A stretch of DNA of 61,979 nucleotides, the filler included, from Chiloscyllium plagiosum (lineage: Eukaryota): NCBI RefSeq assembly GCF_004010195.1. It is 3 parts of one record of this genome, joined end to end, with 100 filler letters (N's around TTAATTAATTAA, not from the genome) between each part and the next. Parts side by side here need not be neighbours in the genome. Positions count along the whole stretch, not along the records: positions 23,229 to 54,465 come from NC_057716.1; 2 more parts are not named here. One strand, given 5' to 3'. The translations under genes were made by a program, and so were the position numbers. Position 1 is the first letter of the stretch, and every line of letters starts with the position of its first letter. A model generated the notes under the pieces. It worked only from the letters and a program-made list of their open reading frames with translations. It had not been told where the DNA came from and searched no databases. Positions 38,210-48,143 of the stretch are shown piece by piece.

Positions 38210-38378
38210 GTTATCTCTCCACCCTTCAGGCGCTCTGCCTGTTTTCCTGATGAAGGGCTTTTGCCCGAAACGTCGGATTTTCCTGCTCCTTGGATGCTGC
38301 CTGAACTGCTGTCCTTTTCCAGCTCCACTCTACACCAAAATCTGGTTTCCAGCATCTGCAGTCATTGTTTTTACCTTA
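38210..38378 (+). mobile_element. Short Penelope-related repeat
   Basis: Reverse complement of the 19290-19655 family. Confidence 0.85.
38243..38278 (+). ncRNA. Minimal hammerhead ribozyme motif, intact core
   Basis: TTTC-CTGATGA-A-GGGC-TTTT-GCCC-GAAAC-GTC^GGA. Confidence 0.75.
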
Positions 38379-38842
38379 CTATTCTCTCTGTAAACTTTTA
38401 ACTATGTGAACAAACTCTTCCAAAATCTTTACATTTCAAGTTCACTCACTTACGTACTAAATCTTAATAACTCATCTTGCCTTCCTAATGCTCTACGTTT
38501 CACTAGTCTACATCAGATTGTGTGGTTTTCTTTTGTTTCTGTGCTCTCCCTGACTTCTATTGTCAGTCATGTTTGTTTTATCCTCTCTTAAGCATGTTTC
38601 GGTGACGTGAGCAATAGATCCAGTGTTACTAGGCGCTGACGGAGTGCAGTGCCATTTGGCCTTGGGATAACGTCTGCCAACTTTACAGGATAGCAGAGTA
38701 CATGGAACAAGACTGTGACCAGGACACAATGATTGTGGGTTTCTCTCTTGGACTGGTAGAGATGGGTTTACGAAACTGCATTTACAGGGAGTTCAGAGGA
38801 GAGTATTTACACATACCAAACCCAAACCAAGGTATATTTGTT

Positions 38843-39087
38843 GAGAAAGTGAGGACTGAAGATGCTGGAGATCAGAGCTGAAAATGTGCTGCTGGAAATG
38901 CGCAGCAGGTCAGGCAGCATCCATGGAGCAGGGGAATCGACGTTTCGGGCATGAGCCCTTCTTCAGGAATAGCCCATGCCCGAAACGTCGATTCTCCTGC
39001 TCCTTGGACGCTGCCTGACCTGCTGATCTTTTCCAGCAACACATTTTCAGCTCAGATCTCCAGCATCTGCAGTGCTCACTTTCTCCA
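38843..39087. mobile_element. Palindromic (inverted pair) short Penelope-related repeat
   Basis: ~110-bp arms GAGAAAGTGAG...GTTTCGGGCATG / CATGCCCGAAAC...CTCACTTTCTC. Confidence 0.9.
38936..38969 (-). ncRNA. Minimal hammerhead ribozyme motif, intact core
   Basis: Reverse strand TTC-CTGAAGA-A-GGGC-TCAT-GCCC-GAAAC-GTC^GA. Confidence 0.72.
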
Positions 39088-39192
39088 CATTTTACTGCTC
39101 CCTCACTCACTTATAACTGTCCTTTATTTGACGTCTTTATTTCTGGTTTTGTGTGTGGTTGTCCAGTGACAGCCTTATGTGGAATTCCAGAT

Positions 39193-39620
39193 TGTTATGA
39201 AGTTGAAAGTGTATACTGCACCTTTTAGAGAGGTAGAATGTTGTTCTGCACTGAGAGCTTATGAGACCAGTGTCAGTGTTTACTGGAATATTGAAAATAT
39301 ATGACAGTTGGCTGTGAAATAGGTACCCGAGATGGTTGCTATTTTGACGACAATTCAAATTTAACCAACGAATTTCAATTACATCTCAGAAAACTAAAAA
39401 CCAATCGATTTCGAATTTATTATTCTGTCAACATCCAACCAATGAGATACTCCGATTTTGGGGTATAAGAAAGGCAGGCATGTTGAACGTCAGACAAAGT
39501 TACTGTCATCAAGGGAGAACTATAGGAGAAAAAGACAAGCCAAAAACAAAAAGACAGATTGTGAAATGAAGTGTAAGGAGCTGGCATTTTGTGCAGCTAA
39601 CACCAAATAAATCTTAACTT
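39193..39620 (+). mobile_element. Probable solo LTR fragment
   Basis: Starts TGTTATG; CCAAT boxes (~39401, ~39439), TATAAG (~39464), AATAAA (~39605) in LTR order; 3' end not defined. Confidence 0.4.
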
Positions 39621-41234
39621 GAAAGCTGCTGGGTTGCGCTGTTGAATCTTGCCATTACCTCGATCACATGTGCCCCACATGCTGACAATTGATAACTCGG
39701 CCGAATCTCAGTTCATCTGCTGCTGGAACTCTCATTTTTTCCCCCTTTGATATCACTGGAGGAGACATTAAATGAAAAGGCTGGCGATTTTGGTCGAATG
39801 ACAAATTGTAGTTCTGAGGAATGATGCTTTAAAATGAACATCAAACGCGAATGTAAAAATTCAGCGAAGGAACAAAAAATGCAGTGACACAGCTGGAAGA
39901 GTGCCACAGAGCCACGAACAACTTAGAGGGAAAGTGGAGGGAATGGCAGTTATTCTTTCAATCATGATCAAATAAAAGGGTAGGAATAATAGGGGACTTC
40001 CACAACTCCGATGTAGGGTGTCATTGTAATGCGAAATGATTTTTGAAGTGATTTCAAGAGCACTGTATTGATCAGTCATGGCAAGACCAACAAGAGCGGC
40101 ACAATAGTGAAGCGAGTTTTGAGACCTTAAGCTGGGGAGTAGGAGGAATGGCAGTGGGAGAGCATATTGGTAATCGAGATCACAAGCCAGTCAGCTTAAC
40201 GTCAGACTGAAAGCCACACACCACAAGAATTAGAGTAGTATGGTTGACATGGTGTGTATTTATTTTACCATGGCAAACTGGTTAAAAGATAAACGTCTGT
40301 GGAATTAATGGAAACGTAACAAGTGAGGTGCCATACTGGCTTATTCGCAGGAAATCAAGACGAATTGTTAACAGGTAATCTCTGGTCCATGTCAGTAAAG
40401 GCTCCGACATGATGGTTGATTTCACAAACACCGGGATTGAAATGGATCGACTGGTTTCAACGTCCCGATGATGGGATGGGATGGGACACGTTTACCCATC
40501 AAGAGCGACAGCGGCAGCACAGACAGAATGTTGCCGATGTGCGCGTTAGATTATGGAATGCCTCAGTGAAATGGGAGGAGCGATGTAAAAGAGGGTTAGT
40601 GACCATGGAAGGGAGGGAAATCTTTAAAAATGCGTGGGCGTGAATTCTGATTTATGAATGGACAATGGGATATTTCGCATAAGTAACCAGTGTTGTGGAA
40701 TATGATGCAATCTCGTGTTCCCAGGGCTAAACTAAGAGAGACTGAGTGGCGCAGCAGTGAAGATCAAAGTGGAATTGGGCATGAGGATGAGCCCGCTGTG
40801 ACGGTATAAAGGTGCATGAAATGCCGGGGCTGGGACTCCAACCTCACCTGTCGTACCTTCTCTTGACATGGAGCAAGGAGCAGTGTGATATCAGATTGGG
40901 ACCTCCAATTTATATGGAGCGGCTTCTGTTGGCATAAAACAGGGGGCATTGTGGCAGCAGGCTGGAAGTTCCAACCTCACCTGGAGCAGATTGTATTGAT
41001 AAGGAGCACGGACCGATGAGACGTCAAGTTGGAGAAAGGATACTCAGTTATTTTAATCTGAATTAAAGTAGTATTTAGCAGGACCCATGTTTGTAGATTG
41101 AGTGAATATCTGTCCCAGGGAAATCTCGCAAAAAGAAGGNNNNNNNNNNNNNNNNNNNNNNNNNNNNNNNNNNNNNNNNNNNNNNNNNNNNNNNNNNNNN
41201 NNNNNNNNNNNNNNNNNNNNNNNNNNNNNNNNNN

Positions 41235-41970
41235 TTTACACTTAATGGTAATGTCCGAGGGAGTGTTGCTGAACAAAGAGACCTTGGAGTGCAGGTTCAT
41301 AGATCCTTGAAAGTGGTGTCGCAGGTAGATAGGATAGTGAAGAAGGCGTTTGGTATGCTTTCATTTATTGGTCAGAGTATTGAGTACATGAGTTGGGAGG
41401 TCTTGTCGCGGCTGTACAAAACATCGTTTAGGCCACTTTTGGAATTTTGCGTGCAATTCTGGTCTCCTTCCTATCGGAAAGACTTAAGGAAACTTGAAAG
41501 GTTTCCGAAAGTAATTATGAGGATTTTGACAGGGTTGGAGGATTTGCAATATAAGAGGCTGGGGCTATTTTCCCTGGAGCGTGGGAGTCTGAGGGGTGAC
41601 TTATTCGAGGTTTTCAAAATTATGAGGTTCGTAGATAGGATAAATAGAAAAAAGTCTTTTCCCTGGGGTCTGTGAGTCCAAAATTAAAGGGCAGAGGTTA
41701 AGGGTGAAAGGGGAAAGATGTAAATGAAACCGACGGGGCAACATATTCACACAGTGGTAAGTGCATGGAATGTGCTGCCATAGGAAGTGGTGGAGTCTGG
41801 TATAATTGCAACATTTAAGAGGCATTTGGATGGATATACAAATATACAGGGTTTGGAGGGATATGGACCGGGTATGGCAGGTGTGAATAGATTGGGTTGG
41901 GATATCTGGTCAGCATGGACGAGTAGTACCAAAGGGTCTGTTTCCATGCTGTACATCTCTATGACTCTAT
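41235..41970 (+). mobile_element. CR1 3' fragment inserted in array unit 1
   Basis: ORF 41289-41675 RPLLEFCVQFWSP...LFSLERGSLRGDL; (CTATGACT)-type tail. Confidence 0.92.
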
Positions 41971-42766
41971 TTGATGTTGCCATTATGCTCGAGTTTGTCA
42001 TGATTTATGGAGGAAAATCAGGAAACTTATGTCGAAATTTACAGAATCAGCGATGATCCCATTCAATGGCTGAACAGACAAGAGGCTGAATGGAAGCTTC
42101 ATCATGACAGATATGTTTTCATTATGAATCGCGCTGAAACACAAAGTGGGGAGGATTGGACTGAAGCAGTGGTGGTGATTTTCTTTCCTGGTTAAAATTT
42201 TGAATATGACTGCTATTTCTCCTGTCCATGTTAACATCACAACTCTGAAGCATGAAAGCGTGAAGAACATGTGGGGCAAGTGGCGCAAAGTCTAATGTGC
42301 ACTGACTCCAGATCAGAACATTGTAGATTTCACTCCGCTCTAGCTCGAGTTTAACACACGTATTTATTACACTCACAACCTAATCTTCCTCATTGTTCTG
42401 AAGCCGAGATGAAGATTGAGCTCCTGATATGCAGACACGAGAATCGCTTTCAGTACACGTCCCGGAGAACACCACAGTCAATGTCGCAGCGTCATCATGC
42501 GTGAGGAGGACCAAATCGTCCCACACACTGCGAATCGGCACTTTTCAATTTCACAGAGCCAACGAACAAATCGCTGTGGCTCTTTGAAATGGCAAGGAAA
42601 CAAAATAAATATTTCAGTCTCATGTTGGCTCATGGAGTGCCGAGGCACCTTCTCCTTCTTCAAGAGGCTGAGACGTTGACACTGATGTTCGTCGAGATAT
42701 TGTTTGATTCGAAGAATTGAAAGGAATCCTATCAAAGATGCCAATGCTGTTGATGCTGAACAAAAC

Positions 42767-42838
42767 AGCCCTTACTGGGAATTGAACACGGGCCGCAGTG
42801 GTAAAAGTGGCAATTCAGAACCACGACACGACCAGGGA
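42767..42838 (-). tRNA. tRNA-Glu pseudogene (anticodon now TTT)
   Basis: Reverse strand TCCCTGGTCGTGTCGTGGTTCTGAATTGCCACTTTTACCACTGCGGCCCGTGTTCAATTCCCAGTAAGGGCT; 72 nt colinear with tRNA-Glu. Confidence 0.78.
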
Positions 42839-44607
42839 CGAGTACAGCGGTCAGACGCACGTAGAGTGATAGACCTCAAACGTGTTGGACGCGTTTCCTG
42901 GCAGAAACAACCGCTTGACGATCCTCATTCCATTTTCCAGTCCTTTGCCTTGTACGGCTTAGCATCACAAATACAGACTGAATACCTCTGAAGGTTGTGT
43001 TAATTTCATCACAATGAGTTGCAGATTTATCCACCACCAATGGTGGATAAATTATTTACTGCTTATCTTCTGAAATGTTTCTGCATCATACACTTAGTCT
43101 ACAGCCCTTGGCATTTGACCGAGAAGAAACATTTCTCTCTGCCGAACTTGCCTTTATCTCTCATTGTTTTGCACATTTCAATCATTTTTTTTCTCACAAT
43201 CTCCTCTTCTCCATTGAGATTAGAACATAGAAACTGACCTTTTCCAAAAAATACATCCTTTGCTGACTACTGCATTGTTTCCTTTGCCTGAGCCTGATGT
43301 TCCAGTGATCTCTGGTACATGTCAGTAAAAATTGCTAAAGGAGCACTGATCTCACAACAGCAGGATGTAAATTGATCGACTGATTTTAAGGTCCTAACTG
43401 TGGGTTTGGGTCATGTTCGCCCAAGAAAATTGACTGTAGACTGCACAGACTGAACAATGTCAATGTGAGAGCTTGATTGCCAAATGCCTCAGGGAAATTT
43501 GGAGGAGGGACCTAAAGCAGGGTTGCTGATCGTGGGATGGGGAGAAATCTGCGAGAATGGGTGGGTTTGAATCCTGATACATAGACAGCAGAGATGTGAA
43601 AGGGCGAGGGTTTGAAGGAGCAAAAGCATCACCTCGATGAATATTTTCATATTAGAAAAGATTGATTCCATCCTGCATTTGTTAAGCACGTCTTACTCTG
43701 CATAAAACAGTAACAAATGACAATACTGGAAGTCAAATTGGAGATTATCTTTCTGCTGCCACAACGCAAAGCGCTAGCCACTGCATGATACCGGCACCAC
43801 ATGAAATAGCATGATGCAAAAAGCAGTAAAGATAGTGGCAGAGGAGGGTCCACATGAACAGTAGGAACACTTGACAGAGACATGCAAACTCATGGTGAGC
43901 TGAATGGTTAACTTCGGTATCTCCGGAGCCGATGGATATTTCATCACTTAGTTTGTTGAAGGCGAAGATTGACACAGTTCTCCAGAAAATGAAAGCATCA
44001 GGGAATAGCGCAGGGAATTGCTGGAATGTATTTCTGCAAAAGAAATGCAGTTTACCATCGGCTACTTTATCAATTTCCTCATACAAGGAAATGATCACTG
44101 CTGTGGAATATCATATAGTCCCAGTTTTCAGGCCTGGTACAAGAAACTGTGTGGTGCAGCAGCGAAGATCAAACTGGAAATGGGGATGGGGATGAGCTAG
44201 TGGATATGGGTTCAGTAGTGACGTCAGTGAGTGTGAAGTATTTTTCTGAAAGCATAGAGTCTCTTGAAATGCCGGGGACTGGGAGTTCCCACGTTGCGTG
44301 GAACAGCTTCTGTTGAGGTGGTATACGTCGCATCAGGCTGGGAGCTCCAACTTCGTCTGCGCCAGCTTCCATTGACACGAAACAGGGAGCATTGGGACAT
44401 CAAGCTGGAAGTTCCAACTTTTCCTGGAGCAGTTTCTATTTACATCTGCACAGAGAGAAACGGAGGTAATGTTTTCGCTCTTCGAACTTTCTCATATGGC
44501 TAACGCTGCTCTGGGCAGGAAGGGATTTTTATTCAAAGTTTGTGCGAAGATTTGTAGCTCGGGTGCTCGTTGTTGTGGTTCTGTTCGCCGAGCTGGAAGT
44601 TTTTGTT

Positions 44608-44647
44608 GCAAACGTTTCGTCTCCTGGCTAGGCGACATCATCAGTGC
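44608..44647 (-). ncRNA. Minimal hammerhead ribozyme motif
   Basis: Reverse strand GCA-CTGATGA-T-GTCGCCT-AGCC-AGGAGAC-GAAAC-GTT^TGC. Confidence 0.7.
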
Positions 44648-45322
44648 TTGGGAGCCTCCTGCGAAGCGCTTCTTTGATGTTTCCTCCGGTGTTTATAGTG
44701 GTCTGTCCCTGCCGCTTCCGGTTGTCAGTTTCAGCTGTCTGCTGTAGTGGTTGGTATATTGGGTCCAGGTCGATGTCCTATATAGTGTTTAGTGCAGTCC
44801 TTGCATGGTATTTTGTACACTACATTCGTCTTGCTCATGTTAGGTATCGGGTCCTTTGTTCCGGTGAGTTGTTGTCTGAGCGTGGCTGTTGGTTTGTGTG
44901 CCGTTATGAGTCCTAGGGGTCTCAGTAGTCTGGCAGTCAGTTCCGAGATGCTCCTGATGTATGGTAGGACAAACACTATATAGGACAAACAGGAAGACAG
45001 CTAAAATTCCGCATACATGAACATCAACTAGCCACGAAACGACACGACCAGCTATCCTTTGTAGCCACACACGCAGACAACAAGCAACATGAATTCTACT
45101 GGGACAACACTAGTATCATAGGGCAAGCCAGACAGAGAACAGCCAGGGAATTCCTAGAAGCATGGCATTCATCCACAAACTCCATCAACAAACACATCGA
45201 CCTGGACCCAATATACCAACCACTACAGCGGACAGCTGAAACTGACAACCGGAAGCGGCAGGGACAGACCACTATAAACACCGGAGGAAACATCAAAGAA
45301 GTGCTTCGCAGGAGTCTCCCAA

Positions 45323-45362
45323 GCACTGATGATGTCGCCTAGCCAGGGGACGAAACGTTTGC
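45323..45362 (+). ncRNA. Minimal hammerhead ribozyme motif
   Basis: GCA-CTGATGA-T-GTCGCCT-AGCC-AGGGGAC-GAAAC-GTT^TGC; stem I GCA/TGC. Confidence 0.7.
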
Positions 45363-47509
45363 AACAAAAACTTCCAGCTCGGCGAACAGAACCACAACAG
45401 GAATTTTTATTTTGCTCATTTGATTTTATTCAATTTCTTGTAAACTCACAAAGGTCGTTAAAATACTCCCAAACTTCGAAAATTAGAGGGAATACGATGT
45501 TGTGATTAGCATTAGTTTATCACCTGTGATGGATCAAAATCAGTAATGTGAATTGGAACTTCATCAGATGAGCGGAGATCCCATTGAATGGCTGAGTAGA
45601 CATAAAGTGAATGGAAGTTTCATGAGGATGAATGTATTTTCGTTACAAAACTTGCCGTTGCACAAAGAGTGGATCATTGGAATGAAGCAGTAACGGTGGT
45701 TATCTTTCTTGGTTATTCAACTTGTGAACATGAGTACGATTGGTCATGTCCGTTTTTCGATCACAACTCTGCCGGATGCCAATCTCAAGCACGCGTGAGC
45801 ACAGTGTCAGAATGGATAATGCGCTTGGTTACGGTCCAGAGATGGCAGTTAAGCTTTCGACTTGGTTCAGGAGCAAGACTGCCAGGCTTCAAACTCACAT
45901 ACATGCTAACCTACTGCATTGTTCCAAAGCCGAAATAAGGTTTGAATTCTTACCCTTCAGGAAGGCAAGTCATTCAGGAAATGTCCCCGAAAACAGCAGA
46001 GTAAATATCCTAGTGTCATCACAGGAGGGGAAGCTGAAAGCACACGCTGCACAAGGCAACCTTTCAATTTTCCAAACCCACAAACAGAACCATACTCACA
46101 ATACTTGCCAAACATTGACTGAGATGTTGGAGCTCAGATCCGGCGAAACATTTTAACTTCAATGTCCCGAGAGATTGTGGTAATACCAACACTGACTTTG
46201 CACAAGACTAAGATTCATCGGTTTCTAATTATCTTCAAAGTGTGATGGGATACTGCAGGGTATTGTTGAAATGTATTTCCCAGTAACAATGTAGTTGAAC
46301 ATCAGTTTTCCCCACTCAAGGTGTAATTAATGCTGTGCAAGATCATATAGCCCAACTTTCAAAGGCGTGGACTCAGAGAAATTGCGTGATGCATTGGAAA
46401 TGGAGATGACGATGAGCGCGATGATGTGGCTGCTGTGATGCAATCGGTGAGTGCAATGTCCTTCGCTGACGGTACAGAGGCAAGTGAAATGTGAGCTCCA
46501 TCGTCACCTGGGCGAGCTTCTCTTGACATGGAGCAGGGGAAATTGCGACATCAGACTTGGGGAAAGTCTACTCAGCTATTTTAATCATATGTGGAGTAGT
46601 TATGCAGAAGGACACATGTTTCTGGATTGAGGGAGTATCGGCAACAGAGAAATGCCTCAATCAAAAAGAAAACTTCTGCAAAGAATCAACTCTTGGAGAG
46701 TGCAGAGAGAGGTAGATGTTATGTTTGCGTTATCTGACTGTTCTTCTATGGTTGACTCTACACTGAGTTACACTGCATAAGTAAATTTTTAGCTGTAGCC
46801 TGTTTCATAGTATACAATTTCATGCATCGTCGCACAGGTCGTTAAAGTAATCGAAATCTCCGAATATTAACTGGTATATACGATGTGATGATTAGGCTCG
46901 TTTTCACTTCAGTTCTGGAGGAATAGCAGGAAAGTCCATTCGAAATTCATCAGGTCCCATTGAATGGCTGAGCAGACAGTGGGTGAGTGGAAGCTTCATG
47001 AGGACATATATGTTTTCTTTGGGAAACCCGCCACTTTGCAAAATGACGAACATTGGACTGAAACAGTAAAAGTGATTATCTCTATTAGTTGTTAAAACAT
47101 TTGAATATGACAGCGATTGTTCGTTTCAGTGAGAACATCACAAGCCTGAAACCGTACTGCATGCATCAGGCCAGTCTAACGTGCGTAACTACAGATCTGC
47201 TGAGTGGAGTTTCGAATCCAACCTGGCTTGCAGGCAGCGCTGACTTTATTGCACTTAATAATGACTGTTCTGAAGCCGAAATGAGGTTTGCACCTTGAAC
47301 TGCAGGGACAAGAGTCCCTTCATTAAATGTCCCTGCGAACCTCAGGGTCAATATCCTGGAGTCATCACTGGGGGGGAATCTGAAATCCTCGCTCACGCTG
47401 CCCTTTACACCTTTCCGAGGTTCACTGTGGCACCTGCGATTGTCAAGGAAACAAGGCACAAAGCCAAGTCTCAGCTTTGGCAATCTTAGGACAATCTTTA
47501 GGAAGCGGA

Positions 47510-48143
47510 GAAGTTAACAGGTGGAAAGGGTTGAGGAAATGTGCAAAAAAAGCTCATCAGAAAGCGGATGGTTGAATCTGGAGTTCACTATCTGCAAGGA
47601 AGAGAGAGAAGAATGGAGAATGGAGAGTGAACTGTCTGAATGAGCGGAGACGGCCGAGGCACCGTCCCCCTTCTTTAAGAGGCTGGGACATTGTCTCTCA
47701 TTTCTCGACGTCAGTAAATGATCCGAGGTATTAAAAGCACTCCACTTGCATGTGGTCTACTTTTGCTGATGTCGCTGTTAGGATCAAAACAAACCCCAAC
47801 TCCCGGACTGAGAATCAAAGCCGGGTCACAGTGAAGAAAGCGAAAACAAATGGAACTGCGAGCCCACCATGGACAGCTACACAAATACCACGTATATGTA
47901 GAATGACAGCCCTCAAGGTCGTTGTACATGCTTTCGTCAGAAGCAATCGCTTGACTATCGTTATTTATTTTCATCACTTGGCCTTGTATGCATTAACATC
48001 TCAAGTTCAGATCCGAGTATTTCTGAAGATTATGTGGGTTCGCCTCTGCGCATCCTTGCAGATAGTGAACTCCAGATTCAACCATCCGCTTGCTGATGAG
48101 CTTTTTTTGCACATTTCCTCAACCCTTTCCACCTGTTAACTTC
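47510..48143. repeat. 91-bp inverted repeat (47510-47600 / 48053-48143), one mismatch, 452-bp spacer
   Basis: Direct reverse-complement comparison. Confidence 0.93.
47800..47873 (-). pseudogene. Highly degenerate tRNA-Glu relic, paralogous to 42767-42838
   Basis: Reverse strand TCCATGGTGG...CGCTTTC...GACCCGGCTTTGATTCTCAGTCCGGGAG; same position in the array unit with homologous flanks. Confidence 0.6.

Larger units (their letters stand above)
44534..45400. mobile_element. Young Penelope-like insertion with inverted arms and probable TSD ATTTTTATT (44525-44533 / 45403-45411)
   Basis: Minus arm VVYKIPCKDCTKHYIG, plus arm HYIGQTGRQLKFRIHEHQL...AREFLEAWHS; ~205-bp near-identical inverted terminal segments. 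Confidence 0.93.

Noticed and set aside
40744..40762. GAGTGGCGCAGC match to the 5' end of initiator tRNA-Met (similar at ~44150)
   Set aside because: No anticodon arm or B box follows; 12-nt match only
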